A stretch of 64,000 nucleotides of DNA, from contig OX597820.1 in the NCBI GenBank assembly GCA_951406725.2, positions 91,946,001 through 92,010,000 of the forward strand, read 5' to 3'. Under the pieces are notes generated by a model, which did not search any database, was not told the origin of the DNA, and saw only the letters and a list, made by a program, of their open reading frames with translations. Positions 42,091 through 55,413 of the stretch are shown here, in pieces (within the stretch, counting starts at the first letter, position 1; each line of letters begins with the position of its first letter). This stretch comes from Octopus vulgaris. Its lineage: Eukaryota. The translations under genes and the position numbers were made by a program.

Positions 42091-42153
42091 AATAACATCG
42101 AAGAATACCTTAGGAATGAGAACCTGAGTTCTCATTCCCAACGTATTCTTCGA

Positions 42154-42160
<7 letters not shown>
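42091..42160. repeat. Hairpin, 33-bp arms, 4-nt loop, extended by (AAT)n/(ATT)n
   Basis: AATAACATCGAAGAATACCTTAGGAATGAGAAC-CTGA-GTTCTCATTCCCAACGTATTCTTCGATGTTATT. Confidence 0.9.
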
Positions 42161-42189
<29 letters not shown>

Positions 42190-42216
42190 CATTATTATTA
42201 TTCTATTTCTCTCTCA

Positions 42217-42317
<101 letters not shown>

Positions 42318-42534
42318 TACACATATATATATATATATACATATATATGTAGGTGTGTGTGTGCGCGTGTGTGTGTGTGTATATATATATATATATGAGA
42401 ACGTGGCCACACGATCGACCAGACAATGAGATGTTGTTAAACATCGCTAGTCACGATTCCCTTTGCATTGTTGTAATTTTGAATGGCTAGACTAGTAAGT
42501 CAACATTTTTCCTGGCCGAAACACTCGGCTACTA

Positions 42535-42672
42535 ATTTACAGCTGAGGAAACGAGAGCAATTTGAAATGAAGTGTTTTGCTCAAGAACACAACTTGCTGC
42601 TTGCTCCGGGAATCAAACACACGGTCTAGCGATCGTGAGTGCAACGCCCCGACCATTTAGCCGCATGCCTTC
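42535..42672 (-). mobile_element. SINE family A 5' part
   Basis: GCTCAAGAACACAAC...CCGGGAATCAAAC...CGATCGTGAG...GACCATTTAGCCGCATGCC is an inverted tRNA-like head. Confidence 0.7.
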
Positions 42673-42744
42673 GCATGTACGCGCGCACGCGCACACACAC
42701 ACACAAGCTGACAGGCAAGATCAACACAATAAATGAGAAAATAT

Positions 42745-42940
42745 TCTTTTCTACTCTATGCACAAGACCCGAAATTTTGGGGAGGAGGCCAGTCGATTAG
42801 GCTGATACCAGTACGCAACTGGTACTTAATTTATCGAACCCGAAAGGATGAAAGGCAACGTCGACCTCGGCGGAATTCGAACTCAGTAAGTAAAGACAAA
42901 GGAAATAACCGCTAAGCATTTCAGCCGGCGTGCTGCCTTC
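42745..42940 (-). mobile_element. SINE family B copy
   Basis: CTGGTACTTAATTTATCGA...GAAAGGATGAAAGGCAA.GTCGACCTCGGCGGAATTCGAACTCAG. Confidence 0.85.
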
Positions 42941-43244
42941 AAATGAGAAAACATTACAGGACTTAATCTAAGTCTCAAATGACAGAGACCATTACCGCAA
43001 TCGTAAGCAATCATACGTTCATACAGATATACGAGAATGCACATACTTTTTCACGCACACCCAAACCCGCAGCCTTAACATGTTCGCGCACTCACGCGTA
43101 TATAACAGGTACTAATGCGCATGTTTTCACACGTACACGAACACACACCCATACACCCAATAACACAGCTATAGCTACGCATTCATACATCTGATGTAAT
43201 CACACTCAATGGATTTCTTCTGTCAGCATCCAGACACCAAGACG

Positions 43245-43436
43245 TCACCGGTTTCTGTCCAGCGACGTGGTCCAAGAAAATTTCATTTCTAATGAACCTA
43301 GTGTCTCTGAATTACCGATCTTCCCTCTAACAATACATTGTGATCCGCCTTCGCCGTAGTAGTCAATTTTCATGTAGCCATCTTGGACATCTTGTGTTTC
43401 CCCATTCAGTAACCTAAGCCCGAACGACGTGGTTTT
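43245..43436 (-). CDS. Candidate coding exon of unknown protein (63 codons plus stop)
   Basis: TATTATAG acceptor, then open frame KTTSFGLRLLNGETQDVQDGYMKIDYYGEGGSQCIVRGKIGNSETLGSLEMKFSWTTSLDRNR*. GC-richer, non-repetitive; no homolog recognised. Confidence 0.25.
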   Translation of the reverse strand, partial: KTTSFGLRLLNGETQDVQDGYMKIDYYGEGGSQCIVRGKIGNSETLGSLEMKFSWTTSLDRNR

Positions 43437-43518
43437 CTATAATAATATCGCGAAATTTAAAGTTGTATGAAGCTGAATCAAATTGATGTAAAAACTACCA
43501 CCACTACTACTACTGCTG

Positions 43519-43578
<60 letters not shown>

Positions 43579-43649
43579 TTACTGCTACCACTCCTGCTGC
43601 TACTACTACTACTACTACAACTACTACTATCAATAATAATAATAATAAT

Positions 43650-44250
43650 AATAAACTCAGACCGTAGAAATGTACAATAATGAACAAAATGTTCCAGACC
43701 AGAACACCACAGATAAATATATGAATGGGAGGGAATACGAAACAAATCTAAAAGGTGGAAACAGTGAAGGTGAAACTAATGATCATGATACTCCAAAAAT
43801 GCGTATAATCAAAGAGTTGAAAGCCACTGATCTCAGTATGGACCACCAATTGTGCCTCCCGAAAATTAAAATTGATAATAAAAACAACATCAATAATAAA
43901 TAGCATGAAACTAGCCGTCACAGAACTAATAGCCACAGAAACAAATATCAATATGACCAGGTTAAATGATATAATATATGCAGCAGCCTCTGTGGCCACA
44001 AAAGAATCTGGATACTCCTAAAACCCATCCAAGCAAGAGTATCGCCACCGAAACAAACCCAGGGGATAAAAAAGTATGCAGAAAAGTAGAAAATAAGAGA
44101 AAAGATCTGTCAATCCTTAATGAAACTAGTAAACCATCAACGCTATTAAGCAACAAAAAGAGAAGACAAATATTACGTAAATACAAAATTACAGAACATA
44201 ATATACCTGAGGTAAAATCCGGCTGAAGCAGTATATCCTTGCTAAAGCGC
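43650..44250 (+). pseudogene. Dong/R4-type LINE N-terminal ORF fragment starting at (AAT)n
   Basis: Frameshifted peptides LPKIKI..., RLNDIIYAAASVAT and KVENKRKDLSILNE resemble the R4/Dong pre-RT region. Confidence 0.55.
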
Positions 44251-44384
44251 AGTTGCGTACTGGGGTCCGGCCAGGAAGAATGTTGACTTACTAGTCTAGC
44301 CATTCAAACGATACTACAATGCAAAGGGAATCGTGACTAGCGACATTTAACAACACCTGATTGACTGGTCGATCGTGGCCACGT

Positions 44385-44440
<56 letters not shown>

Positions 44441-44443
44441 ATA

Positions 44444-44492
<49 letters not shown>

Positions 44493-46597
44493 TTATGTGT
44501 GTGTGTGTGTGTGTGCGTGTGTGCGTGTATGTGTATGTATACTTACATATATTTATGTGCGTATGTATATATTCCACACTACATTAATATATATGTATAT
44601 ATGCTTGAGTACGTGTGAGTGAAAGACTAAGTTCTATTCTCTGTCATAATTTTGCTTTATTCTGATCAGCACAAATAATCTCTCCTCAGTCCAATTGGCA
44701 GCTGATAAGCAACGGAAAATAAATAAGGGAAATATAAGTCTTAATGATAATGTGTCTGTTACTTCAACATAAATCAATATTCAGTTTTTCATCTTACTGA
44801 TATTATAGGTTCCACATGTAGACTATGGCTATTAGCAAAAGTATTAGCTTGTCCAACATTGCATATTAAGCCAATATACATATTCGTCTTGTTTAGAGTA
44901 ATTTAGATGATATGGAACTAATATTTCCTGTAATTGAACACATGTAAACGGTGCCTAAGTTTTTCCTCATTAATACTGCTACTAATAGCCATAGTCTGCG
45001 GCCAGTGATTTTAAATAAGTATCAGAACTGGTTTTTATCCTTTTGCACGGTGGTATTTTTAATACTGCTAGGATAGCTTCATTGGTTGTTTAGAAAGAAC
45101 GTCATTATTTTTCGAAGAATGGTTGGATTGATTATGCTCAAATCAAATATTATCTTGTCTATTTTGATAATTGCTTAAAATCTCTGGTTGTATTTTACAA
45201 CTGGAAAAGGAGGATTAAACTATATGTTTTGTGTAGTATCTCTTTGAGGAAATCTCAGTACGAGTGACTCGGAATAAAGATGAGAGTGTTAGAAGTGGTA
45301 GATATGGACAGCAAGCAGCAATGTAGTTTAGATAAGTACTACAAACCATTTTAGTAGTGGTAAACATAGTTGATAATATGAAAAGAAGATTAATCGATAT
45401 CCTCACCATAGTTTCATTAAAGGTTGGCCATGTCCAAGTAATGTCCGAAATTAATAAGAGACATTTAGTGCAGGTATGTCAAAAATTCCGTTCTTGCACT
45501 GAAGCAGTCTACAAAGTTGAAAGAGGATTCATAAAATAATCTCATGAGAAAGCTTATCAAGAATATGTAAAGAATTTATTTATTTATTTATTAAAATAGA
45601 TTTTCTTTTTACAAAATTAGAGTTGTTTATTAAATTATCAAATATATCCACAAATACGATTCTCACATCGTACGTCTTCGCTGTACTTGTCTTTATAGTG
45701 TTAATGTGTAAGATGGAGTTGAGCTACTGCTTTCAGCACACAGTCTACATATCTACATCGATTAAACTCTCATATATTAGAAAAGTGTGCAGTGTTGCAA
45801 GCACAACTTTAGAAAAAATGTTTGATACTTGAGCGACAAAATTTATTTCATTCTTAATCTTTTCAATATATATATGTATATGTATATATATATTGTATGT
45901 TGTATGTGTGTATGTGTATGTGTTGCTCAAAATATCACTTTATGCCTGTAGACAGTGATAAAACAGGGATATCTTAAACGTGAATAAAATAAAAATTCTT
46001 TTATGTTTGTGTATAAGACTCTGAATTTATGAAAAAGCAATTAGATATATATCCCGAGTCAACAAGTCCATGTGGTCGTCAGAAGTATACGAGCACATCA
46101 ATTTACTTCCATTTGATTTGTACACAATTCAGTTAAGCTGATCTACAGTAACAGTTTCAAAACTGTTTCTGGCACTTATAACACTTATTCTTACAGCAAA
46201 GGTAGAGTAGTTTGACAATGTTTCGAATTGCATTTAATAAGCTCGAGAGGTAGAAATTACAAAATTAAAATTTTTATTATCAAATTTTATACTGGATGCC
46301 CTCCCTGGATATTTTATTCATCCTTATTAAATCAGCTAGAATGAAACACAAGTTCGCCAGAAGAAACAATAGTATATCGAGTCCAGGAAAATGAACGGTC
46401 TTATTGCATGAATTGAAATTTTAACCAGCAGTACCCTCAGTAATGCGAACCTAAGGAGAGCCTCATGATTTTTCATTACTACAATTTTCATTACATGAAT
46501 TTTAAACATTCAAAACGATTGAAAGAAAATATTTCTAATGAAAGAATGTTAAATGGTTTTTGCCAGTTGGAAATTACCTATAGTTACGGCAAATTAT

Positions 46598-46790
46598 AGG
46601 TTATTTCACAGAATTGTTAGCACGTCGGACTGTTCTTCAAGACTTTAGGTTCTAAGTTTTCTGCCAAATTCCACTTGTCTTTCATAATTTCTGTGGTCGA
46701 TAAAATAAGTACCAGTTAGAAATTGGCTCGATATAATGGATTTATCCTCGACTCCTAAACTTACTGTATTTTAACAAAAATTTGACACCG
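46598..46790 (+). mobile_element. SINE family B copy (diverged)
   Basis: CAGAATTGTTAGCACGTCGGAC...GTCGATAAAATAAGTACCAGTT. Confidence 0.65.
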
Positions 46791-47947
46791 GGGATAAAAT
46801 GCGGTCTACTGCATTTAATAATTAATATATTACTTTATCAATTAATATATTGCTTTAACAAAAACGAGAGTAAAAGTTTTTCAAGGAAATATAATTCATT
46901 AAAAAGATCAAGTATAGCACGAACTAACATTAATGGTTTTCGTCTGAAGAAAATACAGTCATAAAATAAAATACATTTTGGCGCTGAAAGAAGAAATGTT
47001 ATCTAATAGTTCTAACCAGCACATATTCTCCGATGACATAAAGATTATATGTTGAATGGGCTGTTCAGTTGAAAAGCACGCGGCCCGTTTCTCTTAATTT
47101 CTTTTGCAAAAAGCAGCCCCATTTTACATCTCAGATTTTGCTCGACTTACTACCTTGTCACCACAAAAATATATGAGATCGTGCAGACAGATGAGAATTC
47201 AGTACCCTAAATACTATTCAATAATTACTGGACCTTTACAAAATTGTCCTATATACCCTTCGTAACATTCGCAAGACTATTCGTATATATATATATATAT
47301 ACAAAACATTGTTAGGACTATCCCTCATAACAAGTAGGTAAATAAAATAAACAATCATTTTATCAATATATCAATATAAATTAGAAATAGAAACAAAATA
47401 AAAAGTTGAATAATTAAATGATTTAATCATTAAATGATAAATCCAATTCAATTTTATTATTTTTATGCAAACAAATGACAAATCTAGTTACAGATGTTTC
47501 TACATCATTAAAAACCACCTTTTCCCCATATTAACAAGTTACCGTTTTAAAATATAATGAGATTTCATCAGATGGACATATCTTCGTAAATATTTTACGA
47601 AATAGCAATTAAATATTGTCATAATTGTAAACGCTTTTTATAAAAACGGTTTTTTAAAGAGCGATCTCTGAAATTTCGTAAAATCTTAACTTCAAATCTA
47701 CTAGTATCTAGATCTATAACGGATTTTGTTATATAATACACATATGCATATACAACTATTTATATATATATATACACACACACATTCATACATACACACA
47801 CACACACACACGCACATACATATATATATATATTAAGACATATATAGATACATATATATACCTGCATACTCACATACAGACGTTTACGTATTTATATTCA
47901 TATATAACGACTGTCTCTATACCCTCAACTTTTTATTTTGTTTTAAT

Positions 47948-48318
47948 TTTACCTCTCTTATACCCGCTTAGTATTTTACAACTTTTTTCGATTTTTATCG
48001 TTTTTTATCTTTTTTACTTCTTATTTTACCCTCTCTTATACCCGCTTAGTATTTTACATTGTTACTTTATTTCGATATTTTATCGTTTTTTATCGCTTTT
48101 TCCGTTGAATTAAATAATTTTTTTTTATTGTATCAATTGTTTAAAATTGTATTAATTTTATATATATGTATTAATTTCTATTCTATCCCTTTGATTTTAA
48201 TATTTTAATTTTAATTTTCATCTTGTATCTGTTATTTTTTTATCCATTTTTAAAATTTTCCCTCTTTCCTCCATTTTTATCCATTTTTAAAATTTTCCCC
48301 CCTTTCCTCCATTTTTTA
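47948..48318. repeat. Two T-rich tandem duplications
   Basis: CTCTCTTATACCCGCTTAGTATTTTACA x2 and TTATCCATTTTTAAAATTTTCCC...TTTCCTCCATT x2. Confidence 0.85.
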
Positions 48319-50039
48319 TCAAGCTTATATTTTATTTTATTTCTGTATACAAGCACACATACATACACACACGTACGTATACACGCGCACTAACACGTAC
48401 GCACACACTCATAAACGCACATATAACTCACATATACTTCCCACACACACACACCACACATACCACACACATACACACTACAAGTATACATGATAGAATT
48501 TTACGTGCACACTATATTTTTTTTACCAAATATCCAGAGTAACGCACACGAAAGATAGAATTGAGTAATCGCAGTAACCTTTACAATACATGGTCTGATT
48601 AATTGTGTAAAGAAATTGAGTGTTACGTGGATAACAAGGAGCAAATAGATTGTAAGGGAGGTATAGGTTATATGATTCATATTCATAAGTGAAACTATTA
48701 GAAATCAATATCAGAAAATGTTAGAATTATAAATCAATATGATAAATATTGACTCAGAACTGAATACACCAACCAATAAATACAATCATACATCATGACT
48801 TTAAAACAACGATGTTAAATAATATTCTATAACATATGAATTGTGACTTATAAAAAGTAATATAGTATCATCATTGTATACTTCCGTTATAGTCCGTGCG
48901 TAAATTATTGACTAAATGTATGATTCGTTTAACACAGAAAAAATTCTATTTAAGAAGTTTTAATGGACTGCATACGATATTACTTTTAAAGAAAACGCGT
49001 TATATATGTCTGCGTGTATGTGTATATATATGTGTTACAGTGAGAGTATTTTACACAGTGGTTAGATTTGTACTCACGAACGTGAGACCCTGGCTTCCGT
49101 ATGTTACGTGTGGTGCACTGTACACCTGTTCATCGATTTGATGGAGAGATTGAGCTAACACACATCACGAATATTTGATTGCTATTAACGGATGCTTTGT
49201 GCAAGTTTGTTTCTGCAAGAAATTGCTGAAGCGTCTTTCTGGGATACGAGAGACTATCACCATGCGTATTGCGAAAAAAAACATTTAATTACACATGAAA
49301 CAATATTTCTAATTTTTAAACTTAGCCTATTTCGGTAAATTTCGGATTCATATAACACTGATATTGAAAATTCAGTTAAACTGAGGTAGTTCATCATTCT
49401 GTAATTACAAGCTGTTGGAAACTGACTTTCTGGTCAGATAATCTCTCTTATTGGGATAACCCCATTCACAGTAAGTTTTGAGTGCATAAGAACATATGGA
49501 TTATAACAGTGCTCCTTTCAATGACACTGTCTGGGATACATAAATTCGACACTTTAATATTTGACAAAAATACTGACAGTGCTGAAAGAAAGTAAGATAC
49601 AATGATCATCCAATAGAGAACATACACGCACACACATACTTCAAACTGCCAGTCAAACATCCATGTACTAACCATTTCTCTATGCACATGTGAAGAGACA
49701 CACAAGAACACAAAAGACCACCACTCCTGTTACCATGCTGCTGAATTCTTCCTATATTGCATTATACTCAAGATTATCTGATTTGACGATAAATAATCCT
49801 ACAAATGACTATTGTATTTTCCTCTTGAGTTTTAGATCGGTCCAGATGATAACAACTAGGGATCTTTTCAGGCCATCGCAAATTCTCCACATAACAAAGG
49901 GTGCACCACAATGACGGGCTTTCATTCTGGGATCTAAAAATATTTCACCTACAGTAACTACTAATCTCAACTGAAACCTAATATGGATACAGCTTATATA
50001 TCTTGTATGGTGCTGTTGATGCACACACACACACACACA

Positions 50040-50114
<75 letters not shown>

Positions 50115-50283
50115 CGTTAGCCACTACACACATTTTTTTCTCTCCTTGTTCTTTCTGTGTCCCTTTCTGTAGAAGAGCGTAGTCTCGAAACGTAAAAGAC
50201 TTTCTATTCCTGAGCGTTATACTAATACATCTGTTTGTTTTGTACACCACCTGTCTTCATCTTTTGTTTTTTTCGTAAACTCT

Positions 50284-50286
<3 letters not shown>
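50115..50286 (+). mobile_element. (TA)n-flanked PLE-like terminal element with degenerate minimal HHR (50163-50198)
   Basis: CTTT-CTGTAGAA-GAG(cgtagt)CTC-GAAAC-GTA-AAAG; (TA)n on both sides; second copy at 8874. Confidence 0.65.
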
Positions 50287-50338
<52 letters not shown>

Positions 50339-51524
50339 TGTAGACGACAACCTCACTTTAATCAAAATATTATAAACCAAGCATGATTAATTTCCAAGTC
50401 ATTAAACAATAGGTGTTTACAGCTAACAACACTGTGGAATACAAAATAATCAATCATTATACAACCATTAAATACACTTGATATACCTAAACGTAGGTTT
50501 TATAACTGTTCGATATTGAACGGGGGACAGAGAATATTCATTACGAAACATCATCAGAGCTCATATTTAGAGAGAACCTAGCCACATAAGTACAGTACAC
50601 ATAAACATGAAAATAGTGTTAGAAAACTAGAATCTAATATCGCAACATACTGAAAAACTTTGAAATGTTTCACCAAACTAGCACTTAGATATAATTTCAA
50701 TCCATAGTTGTGGAGCTAAGGTAACTGCTGCAAATCGAAACAATATATTTAAGCATTTGAATAAAAAGTGTGTTTTTGTATTTCAAAGTTTAGTAACCAT
50801 TAGCAAGAATTTTAATGCAGAATATAGCAAATCTTCTAGAGTCAACGAGAAATTCCGATCATGCTAGAAGCTGCTTCACTATTTCCAGATGAAGCATCTT
50901 GCAAGTTAAATATACTTTGAAACATAAAAAGATATTATATAGGAGACAAATGAGAATTAGCTAACGTAGAATAATTTCAGTTCATCTAAGCGAAATTTGC
51001 GTGTGACTAGACTACACAATGACTCAGTAGGTATTGGTATTATGAAATTATTTCTAAGCGAATTAAACAAATGAAAAGAAAGGACATGAAATATACCATA
51101 TAAATATGATGTGTGATATTTGCAACTTACTGTGCTCTGCGAACAAAGACAAAGGACCGGAACAACGAGCAGTGATATTATCGGGAAAACAAAGACATAT
51201 TCACAATAATTGGAAATCTTCCCTCGTTGACTTCCAATCGGATATCAATGTGATTTCAGTGTCTTAAGGTTGGATCACTACCTCTAGAAGAACCAAACAG
51301 CCTTAGAAGAAGAGAAATTGCAGAACACTGTTTGAAAATATATAAACAAAATGCTTGTAAACGGAATACACATTACCAGTTTACATGTTCCACGTAAAAT
51401 GCTAACTAAAAAGGGCACACACACACGTACCATCATTTACTCAAATATATTCAGTAATAGGATTTGTCAGAGGCGCCGAGAACAATCGGGTAGTGGGCTC
51501 AGTGCATATGAGTAAATGCAAACA

Positions 51525-51633
<109 letters not shown>

Positions 51634-51689
51634 TGTGTATACAAATATATATATATGTATATATGTGTGTGCGTGTATGTTTGTGTGTG

Positions 51690-51733
<44 letters not shown>

Positions 51734-51751
51734 TGAAGTACGGACCTAAAT

Positions 51752-52200
51752 CCTATTGGGCAGGAGATTCTGCACAAGTTACCCACAGTAGGTATTTAGA
51801 TTCCGTTAATGTTAGAGAGTGATTTTTCGGATCATGCTGGGGGTTTACACCGAGATGTCTCATTGTTCACCGTTAGGAATGTTTCTAATATGTAATTAAA
51901 TCTATATAGAAAGAAGCTGCACTGTTTTAAAATGTAATTTCGGTTTATATATCATCATAGTAAATGAAAATGAATCTGTTAACGTTCTCGATGTTAAGTT
52001 TAATTTGATTACTGGCATTTACGAACCTTATCATAAGCCTAACTCTCATATCAAATATATTAATTCAGGAAGTAATCATCCACGTTGTATTAAGAAACTG
52101 CTAATATATAATATTTCTAGAAGAATTTCTGCCATATCTTCGTAAAGAAATTTTTGATGAGAATGCAGATTACGATACTATCGCTTTTTATAAGGCTATT
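51752..52200 (+). pseudogene. Penelope-like element reverse transcriptase remnant (Naiad-like)
   Basis: Frameshifted peptides GDSAQVT..VGI, GGLHRDVSLF (decayed GLYRDD) and VNVLDVKFNLITGIYEPYHKPNSHIKYINSGSNHPRCIKK...ISRRISAISS. Confidence 0.8.
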
Positions 52201-53654
52201 CACAATAGGAAAATTGAATAGCTTAATATTTCTAGCCCTGAAGAATTATTTTTGATTTTATTTTCTAGAAGGAAGCTGCTCAATTCATAATCGATGAGAG
52301 GATTATTTTTGTGTTCATAGGAATAAATATGCATTTAAAAATTTTACATAAGTAGATCTTTTAAGGATGATTTATTCCATTTCATTTCATTAACCAGCTA
52401 TTGATATTTTGATAATTACATTTTCACCATTTGTATTTACTCCTTACGTAGGTTTTCTCTCATTGATTTTCCATTTCTACGTTAGCGCTGTGTTATGTTA
52501 GGTTTTTTTAGGTAAAGTTCATTCTAGTGTCATTTATTAGATTTAGAGATATTTATTCTAGTTTAATAAACTAATATAAGTATTAATTAAATAATCTGTT
52601 TTTAATTTATTACCTAATCCTATGGTTTGGATAATTTATAGCTTAAATTTTATGAATATTTCTTGTGTTGAGTGCATTTCTTCTTTCTCCCTTTTCTTCT
52701 CGCCTTTGGTTTCTTTGATACAGCGTCAACGAATGTCAGCTGACCATCCTGACCATCCTGTCAAATTTCCGCTTTATTACTCGCCAGTAGGCTATAGTAG
52801 CCAGCACCAGCTAACAGTCACTTGAGACTATCTAAGCTTCGACTGACCAACGGAGGGGAAGGGCACGTAGTTTTAGCCCGCGCCCTCTCAAAACAGTGTC
52901 GTGTTAGTTTCAGTTCCAGCAGCAAGAGCCGACCAGCTGTTTGTTGGTACAAGCCTTCGAACCAAGAGGAGGGGGCTCTATGAACGAGACCGCTACATTG
53001 GTACACCTGTCAATCAGCGATGCCAGCCTCACCAAGGGATACTATTTCCCAGTCGGCATTTTATGGCTTTCAAGACATTTTGGGTCTTCTCGCTACAGTC
53101 ATATATAAAAGCTGGCTTTTTTTATTACCTCCTGTAATCTCCTTATTACATTTCTCAGCTCTGAGCTCGAAAATGCAAACCTTCTTTTAGAAATAAATTA
53201 AATATTTATATATACTTACAGGATAGCAAAACGCAAAGACACAAATAAATATAAATAGCCCATATATCTCCGAAACAATTTCCGTAGCCTGCCTCAAGAT
53301 GTGCATTCGGTCACCACAGCGAGGTAGCTGTACCATCCCGAAGTGAATAAAATTTTCAATTTCAATAATTGAGGATAAAACTTCTAAACGGAAAAAAAAT
53401 ATCAGTGGCCAGTATATAAAATGAAACCAATTATTTATACAATTAAATTGTATCCATAATTATAAGTGCTTAGAAAATGTTTCTAGCCTATATTCTGAGA
53501 AATAGATTCTAAATCGTTTCACCACTTAAAAAAGTGAGAAACACAAGTTAGCAGAAATTTTTCTCAACATAAACGCTAGAAAAAATTTCTAAGCCATTAT
53601 AATTATATATATTCTATTTTAGATCGGTTTAATTTGTAATGTAGTGTAATATTT

Positions 53655-53982
53655 TATTCTTTTATTCGTTTCAGTCATTTGAATGTGGTCATGCTGGAGC
53701 ACCACCTTTAGTCGAGCAAATCGACCCCAGGACTTATTCTTTGTAAGCCTAGAACTTATTCTATCAGACACTTTTGCCGAAAAGCTAAGCTACAGGAACG
53801 TAAACACACCGGCATCGGTTGTGAAGCGATGTTGAGGGGACAAATACAGACACAAAAACACACACACATACATATACGACGGGCTTCTTTCAGTTTCTGT
53901 CTACACAATCCACTCAAAATGCTTTGGCCGGCCCGAGGCTATAGCAGAAGACACTCGCCCAACGGGCCACGCAGTGTGACTG
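53655..53982 (-). mobile_element. SINE family C copy
   Basis: GGTCATGCTGGAGCACCACCTTTAGTCGAGCAAATCGACCCCAGG...GGCTTCTTTCAGTTTC. Confidence 0.9.
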
Positions 53983-54639
53983 AAATTAAAGGAATTTTTC
54001 TGCAATTATATTCTCACTTGTTTTCATTTGTTAGTAGGTAAGGGAAACTACTCGGTTTTACTTGACGGGAGCCATTTGCAAATATACGATATTCTTTTCT
54101 TTTAAAATCCTCTTATTTAATTTGAATTATGATATTGATTATGTTTTAGAGGATAACATATTGGTTTTTAATATTTTAATTAGTTAACTAATTCTTATTA
54201 TTTAATAGATTATTTTTTCCATTGATTTATCTGTAGGTGGATTGTCGATTTTGTTTTGTATAGACGTTAAATGCAAATGTTGTTAACAAGTATTTATAAT
54301 TTGTGAATTGTCATTTGAAGTAACAGTGTAGTGTATTTATATATTTTTCTGTTTTTTAGTGGTCTGGCGTTCGGTTAATTGTTTTCTATCATAATTTAAT
54401 TGTTTGCTCCTTTATGGCCTATTATAAAGGTCTTTATATTTGTTGGTAGAACTCATTCATTCTAACAATGAATTCCAGAGGAAAAGCGTAATTTGCGATT
54501 TCAAAGTTATATTTCATTTTGTTTTGCATTAATTAGGCTTCGAAAGAACTTGTAGAATTTTTATTGGATATATGTACCATCTTGGAATAAAGTAACGTCT
54601 CCACTTATATTTTTTCTTTCCTTATACTTTACACACACA

Positions 54640-54692
<53 letters not shown>

Positions 54693-54694
<2 letters not shown>

Positions 54695-54781
54695 TTCTTC
54701 CCTTCTTTCCTGAGTGTCCAATAATACTTTATTTGTTCCACATCCTTGCGTTGTTGTTTTTTTGTTTTCTTGTTTGGATTA

Positions 54782-54785
<4 letters not shown>
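54693..54785 (+). mobile_element. PLE-like 3' terminus inside (TA)n
   Basis: Same family as 6555-6656 and 61971-62064. Confidence 0.75.
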
Positions 54786-54813
<28 letters not shown>

Positions 54814-54817
<4 letters not shown>

Positions 54818-55349
54818 GGTATGTAGAAAAATACAACATGGACAAGAACGTATAACTCTTAGAAGACGATACAATAAACACGGACAGGACATTCGAAACC
54901 CTCAGTCTTCAGTCAAGAACCGGATCATCGTAGTAATTTCGGCTGATTAATCTTGAGATTACTAGATCACGGCCAGCCCTCCAAGAAAAACTAAGCAACG
55001 AGCATTAGAAAAACTAAGCTGGGAGCGTAGATTTCCTGGAAGAAGGATCGAATGCATACGGACACCAGGACAGCAAAAGGGACGAATATAAAAAAACAAA
55101 AAAATAATGGAATACAGAAACATGAAATACAGAAGCATTAACGGTGAAAACAACAACAAGTGTCTTACGACTGATAACAAGCAAACAAATTTTTTCTCTG
55201 GCGCAAGGAAAGGAGCCTTATCGGCGATGCCTATAGCGGCGGACGAAAAACAACGATGTTAACACGACGCTGGTCAGAAGCTGAAAGGCAGATTTCGGCC
55301 AGCAGTCACGTGACAGAGAAGAGAGAAAAAGAAAAGAAAGAGAAGCAAC

Positions 55350-55413
<64 letters not shown>

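Larger units (their letters stand above)
42396..44390. repeat. Pair of about 125-bp inverted repeats (42396-42520 / 44265-44390), each abutting an outer (TA)n
   Basis: TGAGAACGTGGCCAC...GCTAGTCACGATTCCCTTTGCATTG...GAATGGCTAGACTAGTAAGTCAACATT and its diverged reverse complement. Confidence 0.9.

Noticed and set aside
45215-45409. 64-aa ORF with hydrophobic N-terminus
   Set aside because: Short, no recognisable family; consistent with chance.
52740-53120. GC-richer block as promoter or exon
   Set aside because: No clear promoter or coding signal; could be a repeat terminus near the PLE remnant.
54060-54620. Highly decayed RT-like sequence on the minus strand
   Set aside because: Motif resemblance too weak to call.
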